A DNA stretch of 64,000 bases from Tubiluchus corallicola (Eukaryota; Animalia; Priapulida): positions 558,001 through 622,000 of the forward strand of contig JAQGDQ010000036.1 in assembly GCA_030141605.1 (NCBI GenBank), written 5' to 3'. A model generated the notes under the pieces. That model made no database searches, was not told where the DNA came from, and was given only the letters and a program-made list of their open reading frames with translations. Within the stretch, counting starts at the first letter, position 1. Each line of letters opens with the position of its first letter. Position numbers and translations under genes: made by a program. Below, in pieces: positions 41,401 to 52,702 of this stretch.

Positions 41401-43431
41401 AGAAGAAAAATGTCTTTACCATCTCCAAAGTGCAGCAAAGCACAAGGTCATTCAACAAATGCCTACAAACAAAAATAACAATTTTAACAAATAACTGAAC
41501 AGAAGTAAACTCAAGTGAAATGCAACTACTAAATCACACTAAAGTTTATTTAACAATGGCTGCAGTAGACTAAACATACATTCTAACAATATTAGTTATA
41601 AAGTTATAAAATATTACTGCTTGGTTACCAAAAACATATCGTAAAACAGCTATAACTTTTATCAGATTTTAAAACCTTTGACCACTTCCACTAAAGCCAT
41701 TTAAACAGTAAATTAGCAATGCCATTAGAGATACTAGTTAAATAAAAATGAGAATGGGGAAATAGTACTCATGGGTTTTATGTGCACAATGAATATAGTT
41801 AATGGCTTAAAGATATAAACATGAAAAATTAAGACTCGTACCATGTCTTTGTCATAAACAATATGTTAGTACGAGAAGGAAAAAATATTAACGTAAGAAA
41901 TATTAGTATATCACTAAAGAACGAAAAAAATGATATTAGGCAGATAAGAAAAAAATTTAGAGTAGATACATGCCTTGAGACGGTACCATCTCAAAATAAG
42001 TGAAGATAGAAAATGCAAATTAAACTAAAAAAACAGAGCAACACCCTGGTAAAATGTCTATAAAAGGTCTGAAAGATAAAATCGAACACGCAGCTTACAT
42101 TTTTAACGGCACAGCTGTGTTAACGAAGCATCACAAATAACAGCCAAAAGAAGCAGGAAATCAAAGTAAACAGATACAAAGGGCATGTAATGACAAATAC
42201 AGTAAGTCGTCGCTTAATGACCAGTAAAATGAGTTCCAGCAAAATGTGGCCTTACGCCAAATGTCATTACACAAAGCCATACCATCCAAATGTAGATTTG
42301 CATAACAATTTTGACTAGTAATTTCATTATACTTTAATGTAAACTCCACAAACAGAATTTTAGTACACAAAGTGTTTGCAGTTATTCGTCATTAGAGTGA
42401 AATGTAGTAATATACATTGTTACGTGAAAAAAGATGACAAAACAGTTTATCGCAGTTAACATAAAACGTTACTAAATGAAGATTTACTGTATAAGCACTG
42501 CAAAAATTTAAGATGCTAATATTGATGGCATATTATGCTGAATAAAAATATATTGCTGGCAACAGTCTGAAAGTAAGAAGTTGAGAGAACAGATGATTTT
42601 AAATGCAGAAAGCTGTTACTTGTCATATATATGGAAAACACAACTATGAAGTACTGCTGTAAACAGCAGCTGTATAATACACTGCAATTTGCAGAAACAA
42701 GTGTATGAAGCAAAGAAAGAGAGTGGTTTCATCTTTTGAACAGAAAAAATGATTTATATAGTTGATAGCTTTCAAGCAGCATAATGTTTATACATAATGA
42801 TAGATTAGTTAAAAGTGTAAGATTTATTGGCAGACTTTTTGCAGTGCTTAATAAGATAAGGTCACGTCTGAAAAGGAAAACCCTCTTAACAGGTAAATCT
42901 AAAGTGAGTCTTTGGGAACATTAAGAGAAATGTGACAGAATGTTCTGAGTAAAATAACGAATGAAAGGTGAGGGAGTTCTAAAGATCTACAACAGTGACA
43001 ACACAAACTTCAAGCATGTTCTGTGTCTTATGATTAATAAATGACTTAACAACTTTTATTCTAAAATTCGATGAGTGGCATTCATGCTGAATTTATGACA
43101 AAAACGAAAAAATGAAGCATTGGAAATTAAATGGAAAGCCCTTACTTAGACAGAAGATTAGATAGACGAACATGATAAAGTTTGTAAGTGTGGTTCGAAG
43201 TAAAAATTTTGAAATTATTTTCTATACTGTCCTTTTTAAGAAAATGAAAGAAAAAAGATTATTTGGGAAGGTGTTTCAGAGATAATTTTTAGTTCAAAAT
43301 AATCATTGATTCAGAAAAATTTCTTCTTGACATAATGAATCATGTCAGCTCAGCAAGCAAGTATTCGATATGGCAAATTCGTACAATTTACTAACTTACC
43401 GAACTGCAGGCCTATCACACCCGAGTTTCAT
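23226..43431 (-). CDS. SLC18B1: MFS-type transporter SLC18B1-like (vesicular polyamine transporter family), 13 supported coding exons plus a candidate first exon; ~516-561 aa depending on start
   Basis: Phase-consistent GT-AG exons spliced by hand: SILAPFFP, GFVFGVFSLVVFISSPIFG, VRSLEALGAAA, GVLETFVGLGMMVGPALGGALYSLGGFKLPF, GFLDPILEP, LLGPSP, IPTF, GFEDDLATYGL, GEFIGPSIAG. Confidence 0.9.
24407..24980. mobile_element. Tc1/mariner-superfamily (Tc2/pogo-like) MITE, 574 bp
   Basis: TA|CCGTATATACTTATGTGCAAGT ... ACTTGTACATAAGTATATACTG|TA: ~22-bp TIRs and TA TSD. Confidence 0.85.
25126..25219 (-). CDS. SLC18B1: SLC18B1 exon
   Basis: EFIGPSIAGVMYDSAGFEWSTTIVAGALAFM, AG/GT, phases fit neighbours. 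Confidence 0.9.
26511..26585 (-). CDS. SLC18B1: SLC18B1 exon
   Basis: QAGFEDDLATYGLLAGLWATAYSL, AG/GT. Confidence 0.9.
26942..27037 (-). CDS. SLC18B1: SLC18B1 exon
   Basis: LLWLIILSLALLGIATSLALIPTFENLLDEA, AG/GT. Confidence 0.9.
27230..27324 (-). CDS. SLC18B1: SLC18B1 exon
   Basis: ENTKLLIIAGTATMAVAMLLLGPSPLFPNIG, AG/GT. Confidence 0.9.
27506..27604 (-). CDS. SLC18B1: SLC18B1 exon
   Basis: YNLSAKHVGLLFMVISTAYALFSPLWGLVADKV, AG/GT. Confidence 0.9.
28313..28680 (+). repeat. Unclassified dispersed repeat, copy 1
   Basis: About 370 bp of same-orientation similarity to 59199-59568, e.g. CAGGAGAATCTTGGCTATCCAATCATGCTATTTGTT is shared exactly. Confidence 0.85.
29132..29271 (-). CDS. SLC18B1: SLC18B1 exon
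   Basis: DDKMAPPSDMLRLLRIP...GFLDPILEPYLRT, AG/GT. Confidence 0.9.
30468..30633 (-). CDS. SLC18B1: SLC18B1 exon
   Basis: GVLETFVGLGMMVGPALGGALYSLGGFKLPFLVVGG, AG/GT. Confidence 0.93.
30646..33200 (-). mobile_element. Heavily decayed L2/CR1-group LINE in an SLC18B1 intron, sense to the gene
   Basis: Minus-strand FADDT (~31075), LDLATAFD (~31310) and endonuclease-like remnants at 32200-32600. AATAAA plus (ATT)6 tail at 30646-30673. The 5' boundary is approximate. Confidence 0.7.
33780..33927 (-). CDS. SLC18B1: SLC18B1 exon
   Basis: FLEYADGGIEFTVLCFAVRSLEALGAAAYTTATYAIIIDIFPDNIGTVF, AG/GT. Confidence 0.93.
34575..34648 (-). CDS. SLC18B1: SLC18B1 exon
   Basis: MGKIGTRFVFLAGMFVAGSCNILF, AG/GT. 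Confidence 0.9.
35021..35690 (-). mobile_element. RTE-type LINE 3' fragment
   Basis: YNSETWGLT, RLRWLRHLLRLPNEAPVRIAL...KPKTTW; (GAA)n tail at ~35021-35030. Confidence 0.75.
38307..38402 (-). CDS. SLC18B1: SLC18B1 exon
   Basis: ANDKGMSDTVSGFVFGVFSLVVFISSPIFGIL, AG/GT. Confidence 0.92.
39139..39378 (-). CDS. SLC18B1: SLC18B1 exon (cytosolic N-terminus plus TM1)
   Basis: 240-nt open exon ending LTLLSLAIVDFTSYLSMSILAPFFPKT, gtgagt donor. Confidence 0.88.
40031..40136 (-). CDS. SLC18B1: SLC18B1 upstream exon (fully coding, or UTR ending in the start ATG at 40033-40031)
   Basis: tttcag acceptor and gtgagt donor; open in frame with the next exon (FKACAHDARLPC...KKKKARPVM). Confidence 0.65.
42700..43370 (-). 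mobile_element. Degenerate LINE (L2-like) 3' fragment
   Basis: Composition and broken peptide remnants resemble the 3' part of the 7425-10160 LINE; boundaries uncertain. Confidence 0.35.
43400..43431 (-). CDS. SLC18B1: Candidate first coding exon of SLC18B1
   Basis: ATG AAA CTC GGG TGT GAT AGG CCT GCA GTT CG followed by gtaagt; phase 2 matches the 40136 acceptor. No homology support. Confidence 0.4.
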
Positions 43432-45147
43432 CTGTGGTCACTAGTAACTAGTAAAGTTACTGATATCATATCAAATTTTATTCAGTGAAATACCAGATGA
43501 TCATAAATGTACTTTAATCTGTATAAATAATTGATACAGGTTGTCTTTTTGTTTCTAGAAATGCATCCATGTGGGTTTATTCAAATGAACTAAGTTGTTA
43601 TTTGTAATTACTATTAATACCATCATCATAGCCATTGTCATTATCATCTGCATTGTTATCATCATTACTATTCATAAATAAATATGCTTATGTTTATAAC
43701 AAATGATGCAAGTTCTGCATGACAATCAGATTTTCATTTAGGTGGCCTTTCCATTAGCAATCTTTAAACTGTTTACGTGTACCCCTTTTTCAATGTTATG
43801 CTCACAGACGATTAATTAGGGGACTGACACACAGTTATCTGGGACAGCAGGTTGTTCATATTAAATTTTAATCAAGGGCGGACTGAACGTAAACAGAAAA
43901 GTTAATTTAGATCAACAGAGGTGTTGGGAAAACTACCTTCTGACAGGGTGCTATAATATTTTTATTTCGCTGCTCAGTCTTGTAATAAAACAGTTAATCA
44001 GGCAGTAGCCTAACTTAGCAGACTAACATGCCAATGAGCAGGCAGCTAACACTGGCCTTTGGAAGAGAGTAAAGCTAAGGTGATTGTTACAAAAAATAAC
44101 GAGTGCTTGTCTTTTCAAATATCCAGGACAGCTTTTTTTACAGCTCCCCTGAAATTTCTGACAAAAGCAGCTTGTACACTTTTATTTCTTTCTTGTTCTT
44201 GTAGATCTAATAACTGAATCACTGAATAACTATAACGACCTTATGCAACCCTGATGTATTCATAGGTATTCTATCATAAGGTATGCGGAGTGTATTATGA
44301 ATGCTAAAGCTTTTTTCCCTGCTCACAGTATATTCTACAATAAAAAACAATACACTGTACATTATAATGTTGGGTTCAGTGATTCTGGATGGGGTGGAGG
44401 CTGATCCCAGCAAAGTAATGATGTATGCTACATTTCAAAACTGAAAATTGATGAGTAAACCATAAGAATGGCAAAAAATAAATTTCTAAGCAATAATTTC
44501 CATTCATTTAATTAAAAATATTGAAATAATATTAATTTTCCTGTACTGTTTTACCAACTCCTAGTTCAATCAGTGATTGTGTATCAAGCTTTAATGCAAA
44601 TACAGTAAATTACACTACAATTCCAACAGTGAGAAATTATTAGAGTAGCACAGTATAATTACATTATAGGTCTATAAAGCTAAAAGTACTTGGCAAATAC
44701 ATAAAAGTAATTTTTTATTTTCACCTGCCACAAAACGACAAAGTGCTGTAAAGTGAACAAGCACAACTAAAACAGTATTGTGGAATCATTGTAGGATACA
44801 ATGTGAGAAGCAAAGTAATTGACTAAGAACACTACAGATCATTCAAAAAGCAACATTTACTAGACATCCAAAATGAGTTAGGCATTACTGCATAAAAACC
44901 ACTTGTGTTGCTTTCAATGACCCCGCTTATCGAACCTGTGTTACTGCATTATTTTTTCTGCATTTATTTCTATTAAGTTGCTGACACACAGTTAGATACA
45001 CAATAGTGCATTCCAGATGTCTGGTAATCACCATTTAAGAGAGAAAGTGCCTCATTCTGTTACTAGTAATGACAATGTATTGGTGTTAAAGACAGAGAAA
45101 AATGCATCGAAGAAGAAGAGTCGATAATTTGAAAGAAACAGACAACA

Positions 45148-45983
45148 CGATAAAAATGGCATAGGAAAAACGGCACACTTAACAAAATATGTGTTTAGGA
45201 TTAGGGTTACAGTGATGAATAATTATTATGATTATTTTTACCTCTGCCAAGAAAGTTATGCTCCAATGCAATTTGTTTGGCTGTTTTTGTCTGTAAGCCT
45301 ATTTTTTTCAAAATTCAAAGTAGCTAGCAGTTTCCAAGAAACTTTGTGCAGAAAGGTGGGTATAGGGTGCGAAAATGAGAATTTTTTCACAGGTTCTTTT
45401 TTCGCAAAACCTGACTGAACACCAAGCATAAAAAAGCTTTTCTGAAGCTCTTCATGGAGGTCTTAGAGTGAGTACTTAGAACTCCTTTTTTCTTATCTCC
45501 ACCTTGACAAACAACAAAGAGTTAGTTCAGTTCCATTTTGAAAAATTCTCGCTTGTAAAACTGTGTAACACTATACAACCTTTGCTTATTAATGTGTATA
45601 GCCTTATAAGGTGACATGTTACATATATATTTGTCAGATTATTATCATCGCCAGTTAAAAACATAGATAAACACTATGTGGAACATTCGTGCATTATTGA
45701 TTATAAATCTATTTAATGAATAAATACATTTAATAAAAAGTCCTTTGCTAGTCTACATAATACCAATACAGGTTAATTTTTTTAATCAAAAGAATCAGAT
45801 GAATGAGTTTGTTTGGTCTTGGCAGAGATCTGCTTCCTACCGAGCGTATCCCAGTTTTATTATAGAAAGCAACTGCATCAAAATAACATCAAAATGCCAT
45901 TTTCCCTGCACTTTTTTACTGTGCCATTGTTTCTTGTGCCATGTTTACTTACATTGGCATTTTCGCCATTTTTGCCATACACC
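45148..45983. repeat. Element with inverted arrays of ~15-bp GGTAAAAATGGCAC-like units (Helentron/HINE-like)
   Basis: Left: gataaaaatggcata ggaaaaacggcac followed by ttaggattagggtt. Right: repeated tgccattttt units ending gccatacacc. The right end matches the reverse complement of ~23503-23552. Confidence 0.45.
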
Positions 45984-46210
45984 AAGTACATATATTACCT
46001 ACATGCATACTTATACATACTTAGAGAGATTAGATAATAAAATGGCAATAATAAGAATATGTAATGAGAAAAATAATATACGAAAATAATTTGTGAAAGT
46101 AGATTAATGATATTAAATGAATCAAAATATACAATTTGAAGATCGAAATGCTGTATAAATTAAAGCCAGTAGAGACAGAATTAATTTGAAGTACTTAAAT
46201 AACGCAAAAG

Positions 46211-46846
46211 CATGGGCGCCAGCAGGTGGTCATACGTGCGTCAACAGAGTTTTTTAAATTGAACATTTTTATGGTTAAATAAAATTTTTAGCAGTAAACC
46301 AAAAAACATATCAACTCTTGTTTGTCTGAGCAATAAGAGCAATAATAACTTTTAAACTAGTGAAGTTGCCTGAGGAAATAGTTCCTAACAACCGCAAAAA
46401 AGTCAAAAATGCAGTAAAATGCATGTGTGGCTGAGGAGTTCTGCCGTTTAGCTGTGTCTAGTTGGAAAAATTAGCATGCATGCAACTTATTAAATTTTGT
46501 ATGGACAGTGGGTATGTGTATTTTGTGTGGACAGTGGGAAATTAAGCCTAAGTAATGGGTCATCCGCATTTCAGTGCATTACTAACTTGCTATTAAGATA
46601 TATGACTACTACAATAAAATACAATGAATATTACATAGGTAAATGTAGGTAAAATATATTTAATAAAGCAGAATTTTTCACGTTTATGTGAAAGGAAGTC
46701 TATGTACCAGAATTTTGATCTCAGTTGAAACCTTCAAAATGTGCTTAAATACAGAAAAATGCGTAAACTCCCCCGGACCTCGCTGGGCTCCCCAGACCCG
46801 CTAGCTGCTTGTGTGTCAAATTTTTAAAATTCTAGCGGCGCCCATG
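46211..46846. mobile_element. hAT-type MITE (636 bp)
   Basis: TIRs CATGGGCGCC...GGCGCCCATG; 8-bp TSD cgcaaaag (46203-46210) / tgcaaaag (46847-46854). Confidence 0.85.
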
Positions 46847-48099
46847 TGCAAAAGTATATGAATGAATTAGATAGTATATAACACATTTAAGTGTTTAAAA
46901 ATTACCTGTATAAGTGATTAACTATATGACTGACGTTATTCATTTCTATATTTTGATATTAATGTTTTATTGGATGTAGAGAATTTTATACATTGGCTTA
47001 GGGAGTTCCATGAAATAGTTACACGACGTTGTACTGAATGTAGTACTGTGCAGAAATCTTGATTAGTACGGAATCTGTCCTGATATAAATTACTACTTGC
47101 TGAGGCCTAGTATTGCAATTATGTACACCAGATATTTTAGTGCTATATAAATAGGGTAATATTCCTAAGTAATATCTGTACATGAATTTCGTCATTTCTA
47201 ATTTGTATATGTCCTTTAGTTTCAGAAACTCTAGAGCAATACATGGTGGGGTGGCCGTTGCCTGCAGTTAGTAAAAGCCATTAGTTTAATTATTTTTTGT
47301 GAAGTAATAAAAGTACTTATGAAGTGTGATATCATGACATCACGAGTGCACCGTCAAAAGACAAGTCAGAATGAAAGCAAACACAAAACGAACACAACTT
47401 CACCTTACTATTACGACTATTATTAATATATTAGTTTCATATACCATTATCAAGGTCGTCTGAGTTTACTAAGTACTAATATGATCACATGTATGACAGT
47501 AATTATATTGAATACACTTTGCACAAAAGTCAATAATTACAACACAAGATATAGTTTAGTACCTAATAAAATTACAAAATATATACACGTACGTAATAAC
47601 ACTTAAGTAGATTCTAATTACGGTTTTATATAGCCAGCATTCTCGCATAATTTCTTTTGTACAGCTAATTGGATTTTTAGTTAAGCTTTATTTTTGAGAG
47701 GACCTTCGGTAATGATTTTCCAACATATTTAGGTCAAGTTGATTCTCAGAATTGAATAACCAGAGTAGGGAGAAAACTATACGCCTAAGCAAATTCAATT
47801 AAAAAAGTTCTAAAAAACAATTATCACCACATGTGTCATACTCTGCACAGATTAAATCACAAAATTGACAACTCACTGAACTCAGGCTTCTGTTCTGGCA
47901 AGTTGGCAATCCACCACAATTACCCACATTGAAAGTCTGCTGCAACATGCGCTCCACACCCGAGTGGAATTTACGACGCACCTCACAGTATTCGAGTTAT
48001 GACATCATTAACGACTTGGTGCCGCCAGGTGTTATTTGGGCTTTTGGCACCGGATTTCAGTAAAAAGTAAATATGTATAATTAACGTCAATTCAGAATT

Positions 48100-48735
48100 T
48101 CTGACAGTAAAAATTTGTAGCAAATCGAACAATAATATCAATTAGCAAACCACTTGCATTGGAAGTGCTTGCTATTAAGACGCTATTGATATCGCCACTG
48201 ACAAAGAGTTTGCAGAACTCTTAAATAAGATAGAGAAGACATTCACAAATATTTCCAGCACATTAGACTCTAAAGCTTACAAAAGCTGGATTAGTGGAAC
48301 TGCAAACATAAATTTTTTGGAGACCGATATTAAGCAAGATCAGAAAATCATTCTAAAATTGCTAAGATCCAAGCTGACATAGTTAAACTACAGTCAGACC
48401 TCTTTATACCACCTGCTCTGTGACTGCAAAAAGTCATAAGAACTGGATGCATCAACGAACCAAATGAAATTGCTTTCAGAGCTCACAATGTCATCATCAG
48501 AAACATTCTTAAGCATATATGTATCTAGCTACGGATCACACTGATCGATTTTAATGACAAGACCAAAGACAGATATGTCTTGCAAGTGTGTAAGAGTGTC
48601 AACAACGCTGAAGAAGTTTGACACCTCGGTAATTTCAACCCTGACCTCAGCAAATCAAGGCCTGTATTGACCACAATTCGGATTTCACACAAAAAGACCA
48701 CAATGGAACATCTCTAATTTTGAAAAATACTTTAT
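48100..48735 (+). mobile_element. Decayed LINE ORF1-like fragment
   Basis: Broken coiled-coil-like peptide followed by NVIIRNI and KSRPVL, as in L2/CR1 ORF1 RRM regions. Confidence 0.35.
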
Positions 48736-50893
48736 CGTGGAGAGTACATAGCCTACTGTATGGCGGCAGATGGTGGGTTTTGTAAAGATTGGTACACCTC
48801 GGGACCGGAAAAAACCATCTTTTATATCCGACGTCCCTTATAGCCGAAGTTGAGTCAGACCGAGAGAGTCTAGACCTGTACTTTTCTGTACTTTTGCCCA
48901 TATTTTTATGGATTATTGCTACACATTCGGTGCAAAACAGTTCTCATGGCACTTCGATGAAGTACATATAGAAGCAGTCCGTCAAATTAAGAGAGTGATG
49001 ACTACAGCACCAACCTTGAAATTTTACAGCCAAACAGAGCCAATTACTATCTCTTGTGATGCCAGCATGTCTGGTCTAGGATGTGTCTTACAGCAAAATC
49101 AGCAACCAGTTGCTTTTGGCTCAAAAGCACTTACGGATGCTGAGTGCGCATATGCGCAAATAGAGAAAGAACTTCTGGCAATTGTATTTATAATGAAGAA
49201 GTTCCATACTTTTTTATACGGACCATCTGCCTTTGATCAGAATTTTAGAGAAACCACTATATCAAGTACCACTCAGACTCCAAAGAATGCGACTAAATTG
49301 CAGCAATATGACTTCAAACTAGTGGCTAAAAGAGGCACAGAAATACCAGTTGCAGATGCACTAAGTCGTGCACATCTTGCAGATAGTGGTCCAAACTTAA
49401 CAGATGACTTCAATCACATCTTTTATATCTCTGCAGAAGAAGTCATTAGCACATCGAACATCAATCCAAAGCGATTGGAAGAAGTGAAAAGAGAAACAGT
49501 CACAGATGAAGCACTGCAGGAATTAAAGCGAGTAATTACTTCGCCCGAAGGATGTCCTGAACACAGATTACAGGTTAGCTCTTTTGTGAGGCCATATTTT
49601 GACTTCCAAGAAGAGCTTAGCTACATAGATGGAATCATTTTTAAAGGTGAGAGTGGTTGTACCAAAATCAGTGCAGAAACAAACGCTAGATATAATTCAT
49701 GAAAGCCACCTAGTTATGGTTAAATGTAAACAACTGGCACGAGATATTGTTTATTGGTCAGGTATCAACGAACAGATAGAAGATATTGTATCAAAATGTG
49801 CAACGTATCGAGCACACAGAATGAAGCAACAAAAAGAGCCACTAATGCCATCAGAAATTCCAGAAGGTCCTTGGATACTTGTAGCATCTGATCTGTTTGA
49901 CTGCTTAGGTTACAAGTGGTTAATTTGTACTGACTACTACAGTGAATTTTTTGAGATTGAGAAATTAGAACGAGATTCTAAAGCATCTACGGTCATAAGA
50001 CAACTCAAAAAATGGTTTTGTACCCACGGCATACCTCCATTCAATAGCAATGAGTTTGCTGAATTTGCACATCAATTTGCCTTTGATCATAGCCGCATAT
50101 CACCAAGACACTCACAAGCTTAATGGATTAGTAGAGAAATCAGTTGGTATGGCCAAGAACATACTTATTAAATGTTACGAATCTGGAAAAGATCCGTACT
50201 TAGCGCTACTTAATCACAGAAATACACCAAGAGATGACATGACTGGATCACCGGCGCAAAGAATATTCAACAGAAGAACACGAATGAAATTACCAACAAA
50301 TCCAACACTGTTAAGACCGAAAATACAACAGCCAGAACATATACTAGAAAAGCTACATGAATACAGACAGAAGGCAAAACACTACTTTGACAGATCCAAC
50401 ACTGTTAAGACCGAAAATACAACAGCCAGAACATATACAAAAAAAGCTACATGAATACAAAATGACTTTCATTACAGCTAAAAATGAATTATGTTCTACT
50501 TCTATCCTCTTTCTTTTGCAAAATATGTAGGAACTGTTTACACGTGTTATTCTACACAAAATTCAGAACACAAATTTTCAAAACATTTTGAAGCAAATGC
50601 ACCTGATGTCAGAAAATGTTAATTAAGAAAAAAAATGCTGTAACTGCAGTATTCATTTATGCATGTATATAAACACTAATAGTATGTTTAAAACGTTAAA
50701 TATTTTACTTGTTACAAACACTAAACTTTATGAATTTCCTGAACATGTACTCAAATGTCGAACAAAAGCAGAGCAATCTTCGCAGGCAAATCATTAGATT
50801 AAGCAAAGTAATAGAAACTTTTTTGCGCTTAGCACAAAACATTTTAAATTAACTAATTATAATGCAGGGATGTAACACTTTTTATTTTTACAA

Positions 50894-51280
50894 CTACTTC
50901 ACATAGTCAATAAGAGTACTAGGAGGCTTTGAGAGTCTTCCAGATCTGGTAAATACTGGCATTTTTGTGCTGAAATTTGAGAACGTTGTGTTTCTGATGT
51001 TGATAGCGTGTTTGGATTAGAAGCTGTTCTGTTACTATATCATGACATTCATTTTCTAGGTAATTTTCTTTCCCAAATATATCTGTTTCTTTGGTCTTCA
51101 GCAAATCACGTCTGTTTCTTCTCCAGACTCTGCCTGATGGAGTAAGTACATTGTATGAACGTGATTGAAGAGGTTGCCTATCTGGAGGTAATAGAAGTGC
51201 TGGCTGCCATTTGTTTTCATGTCTAACTCAAACGGTATCTCCATGTTTTAATGAACTAAGAGTTCTCGACCCTCTGTCAA
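50894..51280 (-). pseudogene. Inverted C-terminal tail of the Gypsy integrase
   Basis: DRGSRTLSSLKHGDTV*VRHENKWQPA...RSYNV...VWRRNRRDL...TRSGRLSKPPSTLIDYVK* continues the + strand KAKHYFDR. Confidence 0.85.
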
Positions 51281-51477
51281 TTTAAAGTTCAACGTTCTAT
51301 TTGAATTTTGTAAAGGTCCAATAGTCAAAAAAGTTAAAATTTGTGTGGTGAAACTACATAGATTAGAAAAGTGGCAAAGTCAATTTTACTGTTTCATTAA
51401 CTTTAAGGTTGTTTACTATTGTTGTGAACAATGCCATGTTATTGTTTACTTTTGTTTTTTGTTCAAAAGAAAGGAGA

Positions 51478-51647
51478 TGTTATGTATTAATGCGTCAGTA
51501 GTTCGGCAACACGCATAATGGTCTACTCTAGTGTATTTCGTTATTTCTACTAGATAGAAATCCAAGTACATCAACATAAATCACTACTCAAACACGATGA
51601 TTATGTCAGCAGGCATGTCAAGTTATTTGAACCAACGTTAAACAACA
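51478..51647 (+). repeat. Putative Gypsy 3' LTR (~170 bp)
   Basis: Starts TGTT immediately after the PPT and plausibly ends AACA at 51644 or 51647. No 5' LTR seen. Confidence 0.55.
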
Positions 51648-51999
51648 ATAATTACTGATAATTATGACATTGCTTATTATCAAGTACTTATAGTCCAAAT
51701 AAAATTAAAATGTTAGTATCTTAAAATGAAAAAAAAACATGAAAAACCGAACCATTTCACTCCAAATTACATAAATAAACATGTTTACTGTGTTGACGTT
51801 TTTTGCCATGATCATGTAATCTAACTCAAGAACACGTTGAAGGTACGTATGCTGCCAATTATATTTTCTTTTTTTTTCAGTAATAAGTATAGTAAACTTT
51901 CTTATTTAAAAGCACGATGTGAGTAGGTAATATATTGAAAGTTTTCTGCATGTGTACTGAAGCATAATTAAAAAACGTTAATCATACGTTTATATTAGA

Positions 52000-52695
52000 T
52001 TAGCCAAAGCCCGCAAAAAGAAAGATAAATTCTCTTTGTCTGTTTACCAATGATCAATAATGTGCTGTCATTCTGCATAGTCATGCAAACTGCTTCTCAG
52101 ATGATAATAGGCCAACAGATCTTACTTACATGTATAAATAATCTATAAGTTATAGATTATAGACTAAAACACTGTAGAACGGCGGGTGACAACAATGCCT
52201 GGAACGACCGCGAAATTTCTCAAACTCAAAGACAATGGATGTTCCATTTAGCGTGCTGCACAGGGGGTAGAAAAAGAACTTCGAAGTACACACCTCCCGT
52301 TTCGTCCAGTATACATCTATCCCAACGAAACCGTCAACATTTTGTAGACCGTTTCGTCCTCTTTCTGCGAGTGTGCATATTTTTTCCCAGCATGCCTAAA
52401 CAGTTGCACAAATTGAGTTTTTCTAGAGGCAGCATTCTGCAAAATTTGCGTGGTTTGGTCCGGGAAAACGCCCGTCACAGGGCGTCATGGCCCTATCCCG
52501 AATTCTAAATATAACTATAACACCCGCCATTGAACGGGCTATCTAACTATTGCTGACACTGCCCCGACACGTTCCCGTTTTCTAGAAATAAGAGGTATTA
52601 GTTTTGCAATTTCTTGCAGAAATTGGTTTAAAATGGCCATTTTTGGAGGTTTTTCGCCTCCCGTTAGTCCCGATTCGAAAAATAAAACCCAATGG
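52000..52695 (-). mobile_element. Non-autonomous Helitron, copy D (5'-truncated)
   Basis: tagccaaagcccgcaaaaagaa end. Internal matches to 18280-18460 and to 14740-14955 / 17290-17525. Confidence 0.75.
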
Positions 52696-52702
52696 CAAAT
52701 CG

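Larger units (their letters stand above)
48908..51647 (+). mobile_element. Ty3/Gypsy LTR retrotransposon remnant: RNase H, integrase, PPT and 3' LTR; internal segment inverted
   Basis: ISCDASMSGLG, YAQIEKELLAI, VADALSRA, HESH...CATY, ASDLF, DYYSEF, NGLVEKSV, RNTP...SPAQ across frameshifts. PPT AAAAGAAAGGAGA at 51465-51477 is followed by TGTTATG. Confidence 0.92.

Noticed and set aside
48775-48890. GC-richer segment just upstream of the Gypsy pol considered as its 5' LTR/PBS
   Set aside because: It does not match the 3' LTR at 51478 and looks like one end of a pogo-type MITE.
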